A stretch of DNA of 64,000 bases from the NCBI GenBank assembly GCA_965231135.1, contig OZ246419.1, forward strand, positions 513,488-577,487, written 5' to 3'. The stretch comes from an uncultured Gammaproteobacteria bacterium. Its GTDB lineage: Bacteria > Patescibacteriota > Microgenomatia > UBA8517. The notes below the pieces were generated by a model. It saw nothing but the letters and a program-made list of their open reading frames with translations, did not search any database and was not told the DNA's origin. Below are positions 1 to 8,834 of the stretch, one piece after another; within the stretch, counting starts at the first letter, position 1; the number at the start of each line of letters is the position of its first letter. The position numbers and the translations under genes were made by a program.

Positions 1-325
1 AACAAATAGCGATGTTGATTCAATGAGAGAAATAATCACAAGGCGACTAAATCATCTTGAAGATTGGGGAAGGCCGGACTTGATAATTATCGACGGGGGA
101 AAGCCACAACTTTCGAAAGTTCATGATTTACTTGAAGAAAAAAATATTGCCTTTGTAGGGTTTGCTAAACAATTTGAAACAATTGTTTTTTACAATGATG
201 GAGATTTTAAAGAAATACTTGCACGAGGAGAAGCTTTAAAATTAATGCAGAGAATAAGAGACGAAGCTCATCGTTTTGCGAGACGTTTACATCATCACCA
301 AGTTTCCAAGAGTATAATTAAATAA
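1..325 (+). CDS. uvrC: Excinuclease ABC subunit C, C-terminal part (5' truncated by window)
   Basis: Frame open from window start; D..SMREIITRR, PDLIIIDGGKPQL and QRIRDEAHRFA motifs of the UvrC RNase H-like domain. Confidence 0.9.
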   Translation, partial: TNSDVDSMREIITRRLNHLEDWGRPDLIIIDGGKPQLSKVHDLLEEKNIAFVGFAKQFETIVFYNDGDFKEILARGEALKLMQRIRDEAHRFARRLHHHQVSKSIIK

Positions 326-729
326 TGAAACATATACTTCGTACGTTTATTATTGAAGCTGTGGCTCTATATTTAGTTACTTTGATTACAACTGGACTTA
401 CTTTTACAAACGGACTACAAGACTTGATAGTTGCTGCAATTGGCCTTGCAATTACTTCAATGCTTGCAAAACCGATTATCAATTTATTTTTGTTACCGTT
501 TAATTTATTAACTTTTGGTTTTTTCAAATTTCTGACAGGAGCCATTACTCTGTTTATTACCGATTTACTTTTAGACCAATTTAGTGTTGGGGCATTTTTC
601 TTTAAAGGATATCCAGGGAAACTTATTGTTTTGCCAAGTATTGGATTTCCAGCTGGAGCTTTGTCTTATCTTGTTTTTTCTTTTTTGATTTCATTTGTGG
701 GAAGCATACTCTACTGGCTAGTTGGGTAA
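325..729 (+). CDS. Phage-holin-like 4TM membrane protein (YvlD-like)
   Basis: Four hydrophobic segments; KPIINLFLLPFNLLTFG motif. Confidence 0.75.
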   Translation: MKHILRTFIIEAVALYLVTLITTGLTFTNGLQDLIVAAIGLAITSMLAKPIINLFLLPFNLLTFGFFKFLTGAITLFITDLLLDQFSVGAFFFKGYPGKLIVLPSIGFPAGALSYLVFSFLISFVGSILYWLVG

Positions 730-749
730 AATTTTAGTATAATTCATCT

Positions 750-962
750 ATGGCAAACATATTATCAATCCTGCAAATTTTTGTCGCTTTTGTACTTACT
801 TTGCTTATTTTGCTTCAAGTAAAAGGAGTCGGATTTGGACGCGTTTGGGGAAATTCTTTAACAGCTTTTTCAAGGCGAGGGCTTGAAGGATTTGTTTTTA
901 AAGCAACTTTTGTGTTTGCCGGGCTTTTTATACTGCTTTCAGTTTTGCAACTTCTTCACTAG
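750..962 (+). CDS. secG: Preprotein translocase subunit SecG
   Basis: 70 aa, two TMs, ILLQ..G.GFG and RRGLEGF motifs. Confidence 0.9.
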   Translation: MANILSILQIFVAFVLTLLILLQVKGVGFGRVWGNSLTAFSRRGLEGFVFKATFVFAGLFILLSVLQLLH

Positions 963-2297
963 ATGGCAAAATCTTTGCGATATTGGATAAGGCTTACACT
1001 TGCTTTTTTCGACAGATTTAAATTAATTTTTCTTTTTGGAATTATTATTGGAATTGTTTGTTTTGTTTTATTTGGAATTATTGAGTCACGAATGCCAATT
1101 GCTGTTGAGAAAATTGGCATTGTTGGAGAATATACATCTGATAATTTACCAAGATCTATTACTGACCTGATTAGCGTAGGGTTAACAACTGTAGATGTTT
1201 CTGGAGAAGCACAATCTGGAATTGCACAAAGTTTTATAGCAAGCGATTCTGGAAAAACATGGACATTTAATTTGAATAAGAATTTATACTGGCAAGACGG
1301 GAGCCAAGTTACAAGCCATGATATTAATTATAATTTTTCTGATGCGACGCTTTCAAAACCTGATAAATATACTGTTGTTTTTAAATTAAAAACTGGTTTG
1401 GCTTCTTTTCCTGTTACTCTTTCAAAACCAATTTTTAAATCAGGACTTTTGGGGACCGGGGATTGGAAAGTGGTCAACCTTACTCTTGCTGGAAATTATG
1501 TAGATACTATTTCTCTTGAAAATAAACAAAAACAAGAAAAGATTTTTAAGTTTTATCCAACATCTGACGCCGCAAGGCTTGGTTATGAGCTTGGAGAAAT
1601 TAATGATTTAACAAATCTTGTTAATCCAAAACCGTTTGACACATGGAATGTTGCAAGCATTTCCGGGCAAATAAATAAACAGCAATACGTAGCTGTATTT
1701 TTTAATAATAGTGATAGTTTGCTAACTGATAAAGATATAAGGCAGGCATTAAGCTATGCAATTGACAAGTCAGATTACAAAAATAATCGTGCACTTGGGC
1801 CAATATCGCCTTTTTCTTGGGCATATGACCCCAGCGTTAAGCCTTATGATTTTGATATAACACATGCGAAAGATTTGATAGATGGAAGTAAAATAGACCC
1901 AAGTTTGAAGAAAAATCTTAAAATAACGCTTACAACAATTCCTGACTTGTTGGATTTAGCAAATAAAATTGCAAATGACTGGAAACAAATTGGAGTACAA
2001 ACGACAGTACAGGTTTTGCAATTTGTACCTGACCCTAGCCAATACCAAGCTTATTTGGCAATTACCAATATTCCTCTTGATCCGGACCAGTATTTAAATT
2101 GGCATTCAACGCAAACTTCTACAAATATTACGCAATTAAAAGATCCAAGAATTGACAAGCTACTAGAAGACGGGAGACTTGAAACTGATGAAACTAAAAG
2201 AAAAGCTATTTATTTTGATTTTCAGAAATATTTGGTAGAAGATGCTCCAGCTGCGTTTCTTTATTATCCAACTTACTTTAATGTTGCCAAGAAATGA
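963..2297 (+). CDS. ABC transporter substrate-binding protein, family 5
   Basis: TWTFNL..NLYWQDG, IRQALSYAID, QKYLVEDAPAAFLY motifs; N-terminal TM anchor. Confidence 0.85.
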   Translation: MAKSLRYWIRLTLAFFDRFKLIFLFGIIIGIVCFVLFGIIESRMPIAVEKIGIVGEYTSDNLPRSITDLISVGLTTVDVSGEAQSGIAQSFIASDSGKTWTFNLNKNLYWQDGSQVTSHDINYNFSDATLSKPDKYTVVFKLKTGLASFPVTLSKPIFKSGLLGTGDWKVVNLTLAGNYVDTISLENKQKQEKIFKFYPTSDAARLGYELGEINDLTNLVNPKPFDTWNVASISGQINKQQYVAVFFNNSDSLLTDKDIRQALSYAIDKSDYKNNRALGPISPFSWAYDPSVKPYDFDITHAKDLIDGSKIDPSLKKNLKITLTTIPDLLDLANKIANDWKQIGVQTTVQVLQFVPDPSQYQAYLAITNIPLDPDQYLNWHSTQTSTNITQLKDPRIDKLLEDGRLETDETKRKAIYFDFQKYLVEDAPAAFLYYPTYFNVAKK

Positions 2298-2612
2298 TTA
2301 ACCTTTTATTTTTCTCCAAAAGGCTTTTAATGGATTTTCTCTGACGATGGGAGTGGAAAGCTGAATATCTGATTCTTTTTTGTTGTCAGTGGAAAAATGA
2401 ATTTTGGAATTGTAATTTTCTGTTTGAGATTTTATTGGATTGGTTTGAATTGGGTTATCAATTTTTACACTAGGCTGACCTGCTAACGCAACTCTGTGAC
2501 TGCGTTCTTGTCGTTCCATTTGTTTTGCTTGAATTTCCTCTGGGGTAAATGACTGACCAGGTATATAAACTTGCGGACCTTTTGGTTGTAACTCCTGCAT
2601 TTTGTCGGACAT
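2298..2612 (-). CDS. Hypothetical protein
   Basis: 104-aa ORF filling intergenic space. Confidence 0.55.
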   Translation of the reverse strand: MSDKMQELQPKGPQVYIPGQSFTPEEIQAKQMERQERSHRVALAGQPSVKIDNPIQTNPIKSQTENYNSKIHFSTDNKKESDIQLSTPIVRENPLKAFWRKIKG

Positions 2613-2649
2613 TGAATAAATTATATTATTTTGAGCTTAAATTTACAAA

Positions 2650-3003
2650 TTATAAAAGGAAATCCAGAAAAATATTACGGTCTTCATCAGTTGTTAAACT
2701 AAACCATCCTGCGATTTTTGCTGCTGTTTCTTTATTCGTTAGTTTATTTACAGAATTTAATATTTCAGATTTGTGATCTGGAAAATGTTGTGTAAGTGAA
2801 CTTAGGAGATCTTCTTTAGTTCTATTAATCTGTTCTATTGTTTCAATTTGTTGTTTTTTTCTTCTTAGATCTGATTTGGGAACTCTCGTAAGAGTTGCTA
2901 TTAATTCGCGATTATTTTCTTGAGCAATTTCTTTCGCCTTTTGAAAGGCATCAAGCGCAACTTGGGAAATAATTATTGATTCCGAATTTTCTTTTGTGCT
3001 CAT
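2650..3003 (-). CDS. Hypothetical protein
   Basis: 117-aa charged helical ORF. Confidence 0.6.
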   Translation of the reverse strand: MSTKENSESIIISQVALDAFQKAKEIAQENNRELIATLTRVPKSDLRRKKQQIETIEQINRTKEDLLSSLTQHFPDHKSEILNSVNKLTNKETAAKIAGWFSLTTDEDRNIFLDFLL

Positions 3004-3030
3004 GTATATATTGTGTCTTATTTAATTATA

Positions 3031-5229
3031 TTACAAATTTGCTCGAGATTTTCTTAGTTTGGAGATTATAAAGACTACAATTAATCCGAACATTGGAACT
3101 ATTAACCAGGCTAGATTAATAACTGTTTTGTGGCTTGCTACTTTTGATGTTGTATTTGCTCCAAGAACTTGACCTGCGCTTGTTGTAAGAGAAGCTACCA
3201 ATACTTTTTGTTGAGTTTTATTTAAATTTGATGAAACATATGTCCCTGTTGGGTTTGATGTGTTGGTTGTACTTGAATCGTTATTTGAAGAGCTGGAATT
3301 ATTTGAATTGTTTGATGAACTATTATTTTGGTTATTTGACCCTTCGACTTCACTCAGGGCGCTTCCAGCGTCTGTTTGGCCTGGAGTGACAAAGTTACCT
3401 AGCCAACTGCCAAACACGTTTACCACTGTTACTACTAAATGTCCGCCTCCTGTTATATTGTTGTTCACAAAATTTACAAGATTAGCAATTATATTTGCAT
3501 TGCCTGTAGAGATATTTGAGTTTCCGTTTGTGTTGTAACTTGCATCATTATTTCCGGTGTTTGCTGACAAATTAATATTATTAACTACGTTTGCATTGTT
3601 TGTTTGGGTGACGTTGTTATTTGTTGTATTTGAAACGTTACTATTATTTGTTGAGTCTGCGCCATTATTTGAATTTGTTGCAGTAATATTTCCATTTGCA
3701 TCGGCTGTAAAGGTAGTGCCTGCGCTTCCTGCTGTATTTCCGTTGCCTCCAATAATTTGGCCAATCCACTCTCCTGCATTATTTACCAAGACAAGCCACC
3801 AATTGCCACCGTCAACGTTTGTATTTGCAATGTTTAAGGTTTGTGCATCGACACTTGCGCTTCCAGTTTGAACAGACGAATCTCCACTTGTGTTGTAGTT
3901 TGTACTATTTCCTCCGGTATTTGCAGTGTAATTAAGGTTGTTTTGGATATTTGCTGCATTTGTTTGAGCCAAATTATTATTTGTTGTATTAGAACTATTT
4001 GTGTTGTTAGTTGAATCAGCACCATTTCCTGTATTTGATGCATTTGCATTAACTACTGCACAACCGCAGTCAGCAATAGCTGAATCTGGAAGAACAATAT
4101 CTCCGTTTAAGTTTCCATAAATGTTGACTTCGTTATATATAACTTGACCGTCAAGATTATTGTTTGCGAAAGTCAAAACATTGGCATCAACATTTGCATT
4201 GCCTGTTGAAATATTTGAATCTCCTCCTGTATTTCGAGAAGATGTATTATTTCCAGAATTGCTTGCAAGATTTAAAGTGTTGCCGACTGTGGCGTCATTG
4301 TTTTGGAAAGTATTATTGTTGGTTATTGATGAACTATTGGAATTATTTGTTGAATCACTGCCGTTTCCTGTATTTGTTGATGAACTAGACCCTGTTTGGC
4401 ATCCTGTGATGCAAGTTCCAGAACCTGGATTTAAAATTAAATCTCCGTTTTGATCACCGTTGACATCAAATTCGTTGACATTTACTCCGTCAACATTAGA
4501 ATTTAGCGCAGTTATAACTGTTCCTGAAGTATTAGCATTTCCTGTTGTGATACTAGAATTACCTCCCGTATTTCGTGATGCAGAATTATTTCCAGTATTT
4601 GTGTTTTGAGTTAAATTATTCCCAACAGTTGCTGAATTATTCTGAGTTGTATCATTATTCGTTGTAGTTGAGCTGTTTGAATTATTGGTTGACCCTGAAC
4701 CATTATCGGTATTTCCAACAGTAGCTGACGGACTTGAATCTCCTAATGATGCCGAATTATTATTTGCATTTGTAACAATTGCTGCTGAATTGTCAGCTGA
4801 ACCGGTATTTATATTGGCACCGCTGCCTGCATTTGATGTTTGGTTTCCGGTTTGATTGCCTGTATTACCAGTTGTGTTTTGAGTATTTGCTGGAGCATTT
4901 GTTGGAGTTGGTGTGTTTGTATTTTGGTTATTATTAGAATTGTTATTTGTGTTTCCATTTGATGGTGTATTGGGAGTAGGCGTTGATACTGCAGGAGCAG
5001 TCGGCATTGGTGCAGGTGTTATTGTTGCAAGAGGCGGAGGAGTTGCTACTGGAGGAGCGGTTGGCGCTGGAGGAGGGGTTACTTGTGATGATGGATTTGG
5101 TGTAGAAATTGCAGGTGCTGTTGGGGCCGGAGGAGGGGTAATATCATCAGCGAAAGTTATTACAGGTGCCTGAATTAAAAGCATTAAGCTGATTATTAAA
5201 ACTGATATTAATTTATTTACTTTTTTCAT
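3031..5229 (-). CDS. Secreted Asn/Thr/Gly-rich repeat surface protein with Pro-rich linker and C-terminal TM anchor
   Basis: Signal peptide, PPPAPTAP repeats, recurring GNGxxSTN / NTGGxSxIxTGNA units, hydrophobic C-terminus with basic tail. Confidence 0.8.
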   Translation of the reverse strand: MKKVNKLISVLIISLMLLIQAPVITFADDITPPPAPTAPAISTPNPSSQVTPPPAPTAPPVATPPPLATITPAPMPTAPAVSTPTPNTPSNGNTNNNSNNNQNTNTPTPTNAPANTQNTTGNTGNQTGNQTSNAGSGANINTGSADNSAAIVTNANNNSASLGDSSPSATVGNTDNGSGSTNNSNSSTTTNNDTTQNNSATVGNNLTQNTNTGNNSASRNTGGNSSITTGNANTSGTVITALNSNVDGVNVNEFDVNGDQNGDLILNPGSGTCITGCQTGSSSSTNTGNGSDSTNNSNSSSITNNNTFQNNDATVGNTLNLASNSGNNTSSRNTGGDSNISTGNANVDANVLTFANNNLDGQVIYNEVNIYGNLNGDIVLPDSAIADCGCAVVNANASNTGNGADSTNNTNSSNTTNNNLAQTNAANIQNNLNYTANTGGNSTNYNTSGDSSVQTGSASVDAQTLNIANTNVDGGNWWLVLVNNAGEWIGQIIGGNGNTAGSAGTTFTADANGNITATNSNNGADSTNNSNVSNTTNNNVTQTNNANVVNNINLSANTGNNDASYNTNGNSNISTGNANIIANLVNFVNNNITGGGHLVVTVVNVFGSWLGNFVTPGQTDAGSALSEVEGSNNQNNSSSNNSNNSSSSNNDSSTTNTSNPTGTYVSSNLNKTQQKVLVASLTTSAGQVLGANTTSKVASHKTVINLAWLIVPMFGLIVVFIISKLRKSRANL
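3338..3360. repeat. REP-like palindromic unit inside CDS
   Basis: GACCCTTCGACTTCACTCAGGGC; similar copies at 63808-63833 and 63889-63912. Confidence 0.6.
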
Positions 5230-5312
5230 TATCTAACTTTCTTTCTATCTATTTTGGTTTGTGGTTTCCTCCCCGAAGTGCGGGAGAGGAAATTTCCACA
5301 ATTCCAGTTACT

Positions 5313-6587
5313 TTACATGTTGAAATGTAAAGCGTTTAACAAATCTTGCAAACTGAATGTCAAAGTGACATTAGTATTTGAACCACTCCAAGGGAATGGA
5401 AGAGTTGTTACGTCAGTTCCGAAGAAGTTAGCATTTCCCTGATTGTTTATATCAGTTGTATTGCTTGAATCTCCAGTTGATACTGATGGATCGCTGGTTG
5501 CTCCAGTGTTGGAGTTAATTTTATTATCTCCAGACTTTGAGTTTCCATTAAGATCATTGTTCGTATCTCCACTATTGGCTTGTCCAATCTGTTGTCCGTT
5601 TGTTAAGTCAGCGTTGATAGTATCATCTGTATGATGATTATATTTATCGCTTGCACCATTGCCTGCAATCTTTGCTGTAACATCCATTAAACAATCGCAT
5701 CCAACATTTGCATCGTTAAAATTAACGGCAGTGTCAGCTGAAACGTTTGTAACGGCGTTACCGGTGTCGATTGTTACATCTCCACCCCAAGGATCGGTTT
5801 GACCGCCTGTATTATCATCTGCTGTGTTTTTACCAGTGTTTGATTTTGCATAAACATTGTTATCGACACTTGCAGAGTTGGTTTGTCCAAGGACAACCCA
5901 ATCAGTAAGTCCAAGATTTACTTTATTGTGTGAATCTGAACCATTTCCTGAAATTATTACAGAATCAGTTGAACCTGTGCTACCATCTCCATTTCCAACT
6001 TGTGCAACGTTTTGGTTTGCATTTGTTGTAACTGAAACGTTTGTTGTAGCATTTCCTGTTGAAACACTGACAGATCCTCCTGTGTTATCACTTGCGTGAT
6101 TGTCACCTGAGTTTGCACTTACATTTTTAACATTGTTATTAACGTCTGCTGAATTGGTTTGAGTCAATTCGGTTTGGTTTTTAACTTGTGTATTTGCAGT
6201 GTTTTGTGATTTGTCACCGTTTCCTGTGACGTTGACATCAAGGTCACCAGTCGAGCATCCGCAATTACTTACGTTTGCAACGTTGCTGTTGACAGCATTA
6301 TTGACTGTAACGTTTGTCTTTGCGTTTCCTGTATCAACACTTGCATCTCCTCCAGTATTGTGGCTTGCATTATTGTCACCACTATTTGCTGAAGATGATA
6401 CGTTGTTGCTGATAGTAGCTGAATTGGATTGACTTACTTGAGTTGTTTGAGTCACGCTTACGTTTGCATTATTATTTGAATCTGAACCATTTCCTGAAAT
6501 TGTGATTGTGTCAGCAAATGCAGGGGTAACGGATGCAAAAACTAATGCAGCGGTTGAAACTATAGCAAAAATTTTTTTAATATTCAT
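5313..6587 (-). CDS. Secreted Asn/Thr/Ser-rich repeat protein, paralog of 3031-5229
   Basis: Signal peptide (PAFA|D), about four repeats of ISGNGxxSxN...QxNSA...NTGG...TGNA; SD-like GGGGTGA upstream. Confidence 0.85.
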   Translation of the reverse strand: MNIKKIFAIVSTAALVFASVTPAFADTITISGNGSDSNNNANVSVTQTTQVSQSNSATISNNVSSSANSGDNNASHNTGGDASVDTGNAKTNVTVNNAVNSNVANVSNCGCSTGDLDVNVTGNGDKSQNTANTQVKNQTELTQTNSADVNNNVKNVSANSGDNHASDNTGGSVSVSTGNATTNVSVTTNANQNVAQVGNGDGSTGSTDSVIISGNGSDSHNKVNLGLTDWVVLGQTNSASVDNNVYAKSNTGKNTADDNTGGQTDPWGGDVTIDTGNAVTNVSADTAVNFNDANVGCDCLMDVTAKIAGNGASDKYNHHTDDTINADLTNGQQIGQANSGDTNNDLNGNSKSGDNKINSNTGATSDPSVSTGDSSNTTDINNQGNANFFGTDVTTLPFPWSGSNTNVTLTFSLQDLLNALHFNM

Positions 6588-6674
6588 TCATCTTCACCCC
6601 CTTCCTGCTAGAGAACATTTGCACTTCGTTCTCAAACTTTTTTTGGTTATAACCAAAACTTTCGTTTTGTAAAC

Positions 6675-6724
6675 AAAAAAAGAGGCTTCTCAACACGAAA
6701 AGAAATTCCTGTTGAAAAGCCTCC
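6675..6724 (-). terminator. Intrinsic terminator-like hairpin in the 5' leader of 5313-6587
   Basis: Minus strand GAGGCTTTTCAACA...TGTTGAGAAGCCTC followed by a T run. Confidence 0.7.
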
Positions 6725-6791
6725 GATTGCGGTCAGCCTTTATTTATAAGTTACGCTATAAGCATAGCTTGTAAGTTTCACTTATGAGATA

Positions 6792-6820
6792 TATATAATT
6801 TATTAGAAAAAAGTTGTCAA
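6792..6820 (-). promoter_or_regulatory. Sigma70-like promoter for the repeat-protein genes
   Basis: TTGACA-N17-TATATA on minus strand. Confidence 0.6.
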
Positions 6821-6892
6821 TACCTAATTTCATATTTTCACTGTTTATAATAAAAATAAAAAGGTTTTAGATTTTTTTGATAAAATCAACCG

Positions 6893-8035
6893 ATGAAAAG
6901 TGAGAGAGAGAAAAAATTACAAAATGAATTATATAGACCGTCTCACGAGTTAGCGTGGATGTTAGGAATATTAGCAGGCGGTTCGTTTACACGCGGATAT
7001 GCTGTTGGTATAAGAGAAAATAATAAACAAGTTCTTGCACAAATCAATTCAATCGGAATTGGAATATTTGGAGTAACTCCGGAATTTGAATTTAAACGTT
7101 GGCATTTAAAATTTACAACTAGACAGGCAATAGGAGATTTTAGTAGATCTGAATGGCCTAATACTCTCACTTCTAATTATTCTTGGGTTTTAAATAAAGA
7201 TTATGCATCAGACTTTTTGTCCGGATATCTGGATAAAAATGGGGGTATTTATCCGAGAGCAAATGGGGGCTGTATTACCCAATTTAGTACTTCAAGAAAT
7301 GAATCTGCCGATATTCTTATTGATATGTTGAATACACTTAATATTAATGGAAGTAATAAAACTTATGAAAAAAGAAGGCAGGATAAACTTTCTGACGGTT
7401 TAACTGGAATTGCTTTAACTGCGATTTCAGATCAATTAGATTTATTTAACAATATATACACTTGTATTTCAGATAGACAACAAATCATTGATAATTTGAA
7501 ACAAACTTATGTAAATCTAAGATTAGTTGATCCAGAAAAAGTTGATATATATGAAAAAGTAATAAAGATTAGAAAAGAGCATCCAGAAATGGGCGCGGTG
7601 AAAATTAAAAAGTTTCTTTCTGATAAACAAAAGAATCGCCGCGATATTAGTACTTTTACCATACAAAAGTGGATTTATATTGATTCACGACCTGATAGAT
7701 TTCCAGTTAAGCGACTTACGAAGAAGTCTGATGGATTTGGAGGACTTAGCGATCTTCTTTTGTACAGGATTAATAAGGAGAGACGAAATGAAATAGCTGA
7801 AGTCCCATATATAATTCTAAGGCTGGGGGAAAGAATAAACAAAGAAGGAAACACAAACAATGAAGATTTGTTAAATATATTATATCGAGCTTGGACAATA
7901 CTTAAAGAATCGGAAAAAATTCCAAATTTGAGGCAACAGGTCTTATTTGCACTTTTATCTAAAGACTATAAAGAGTTGTTGCAAAAAATTTACCTGGTTG
8001 AACGAATTATTAAACAAAGGATAGATTACGAATAA
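6893..8035 (+). CDS. Free-standing degenerate LAGLIDADG endonuclease-like protein
   Basis: ELAWMLGILAGGSF and FLSGYLDKNGGI resemble the two LAGLIDADG helices; extra C-terminal region. Confidence 0.6.
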   Translation: MKSEREKKLQNELYRPSHELAWMLGILAGGSFTRGYAVGIRENNKQVLAQINSIGIGIFGVTPEFEFKRWHLKFTTRQAIGDFSRSEWPNTLTSNYSWVLNKDYASDFLSGYLDKNGGIYPRANGGCITQFSTSRNESADILIDMLNTLNINGSNKTYEKRRQDKLSDGLTGIALTAISDQLDLFNNIYTCISDRQQIIDNLKQTYVNLRLVDPEKVDIYEKVIKIRKEHPEMGAVKIKKFLSDKQKNRRDISTFTIQKWIYIDSRPDRFPVKRLTKKSDGFGGLSDLLLYRINKERRNEIAEVPYIILRLGERINKEGNTNNEDLLNILYRAWTILKESEKIPNLRQQVLFALLSKDYKELLQKIYLVERIIKQRIDYE

Positions 8036-8039
8036 AAAA

Positions 8040-8201
8040 TTAATTTTTTGGATGAATGTGGAGATTTGAGGTCTTTTTAATATTTCTTACAGTTATTTGA
8101 GTTACTTCACCTTTTTGTACATAGATTTCTATCGATCCGTAATCCGGGACAGATTTCAAGGCTTCTTTTATTTCTTCGATTAAGTCTTTAGATACTTTCA
8201 T
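8040..8201 (-). CDS. Small DUF2292/YezD-like protein (not in ORF track)
   Basis: Hand translation, 53 aa: MKVSKDLIEEIKEALKSVPDYGSIEIYVQKGEVTQITVR...; YGS.EI..Q.G.V.QI motif. Confidence 0.7.
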   Translation of the reverse strand: MKVSKDLIEEIKEALKSVPDYGSIEIYVQKGEVTQITVRNIKKTSNLHIHPKN

Positions 8202-8210
8202 TAATTTAAA

Positions 8211-8795
8211 TTAGAGTGTTAAAGGGATTTTTTGTTTATCTCCTTTAATTTCTCCAACTTGAAGTACAAAATTCTTATCTGAGGTATTAACTGTAAAGCC
8301 TAATCTGGAATAAACTGTGGAAATTGCTTGGACCGTAACGGGATCGTTGTCGACAGTTGGCGCAAGCCAGGTGTTTTGATCTCCGTTTGCTGAAAGTCTG
8401 ACATAATCTTTGGTATTAATGCTTATTGGCTGGTCAAAAGAATTTGTTAATGCAAGAGTAACAATTAGAAATGTTCTTCCTGTTACTGCTGTAGCTTCCT
8501 GACCTTGAATAACTATTTGATTGTTGAGCGCTGCATTTTGAATTACAAATTTTACAGTTTCAGGATTTCCGTTTGATGTGCTTGCTGTATTGCCAATTGG
8601 AAAATCAAATTCTTTATTTAGATTTTCTGCTTTTTGTGGGGCGCTAATATTTACACCAGCAATTTTTGGTTTCGCATTTTTTCCTGTGAGAACTTTTATC
8701 CCTAAAAACAAAACTATAACGACAACAATAGCGAGCAAAATATATTTTCTTGATTTAGGATTTATTTTTGAAATAAACTGTCTTATTCGCCCCAT
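8211..8795 (-). CDS. Membrane-anchored Ig-like protein (DUF4352-like)
   Basis: N-terminal TM; beta-rich domain (FLIVTLALTN). Confidence 0.65.
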   Translation of the reverse strand: MGRIRQFISKINPKSRKYILLAIVVVIVLFLGIKVLTGKNAKPKIAGVNISAPQKAENLNKEFDFPIGNTASTSNGNPETVKFVIQNAALNNQIVIQGQEATAVTGRTFLIVTLALTNSFDQPISINTKDYVRLSANGDQNTWLAPTVDNDPVTVQAISTVYSRLGFTVNTSDKNFVLQVGEIKGDKQKIPLTL

Positions 8796-8834
8796 AATTT
8801 GTAGGCTTGATCTTACAAGAGTGGTTGGGGATTG

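Noticed and set aside
325-729. Prophage inferred from the holin-like gene
   Set aside because: Housekeeping context (uvrC, secG) and no phage structural genes
3260-6432. Many plus-strand ORFs opposite the Asn-rich genes
   Set aside because: Antisense shadows of low-complexity coding sequence
3031-6587. AAT/AAC-rich repeats as a CRISPR array or DGR template
   Set aside because: Repeats are imperfect at codon level, have no constant repeat-spacer period, and no cas or reverse transcriptase gene is in the window
6700-6745. c-di-GMP or c-di-AMP riboswitch
   Set aside because: Consensus motifs of those classes not found by eye; kept only as an unknown leader
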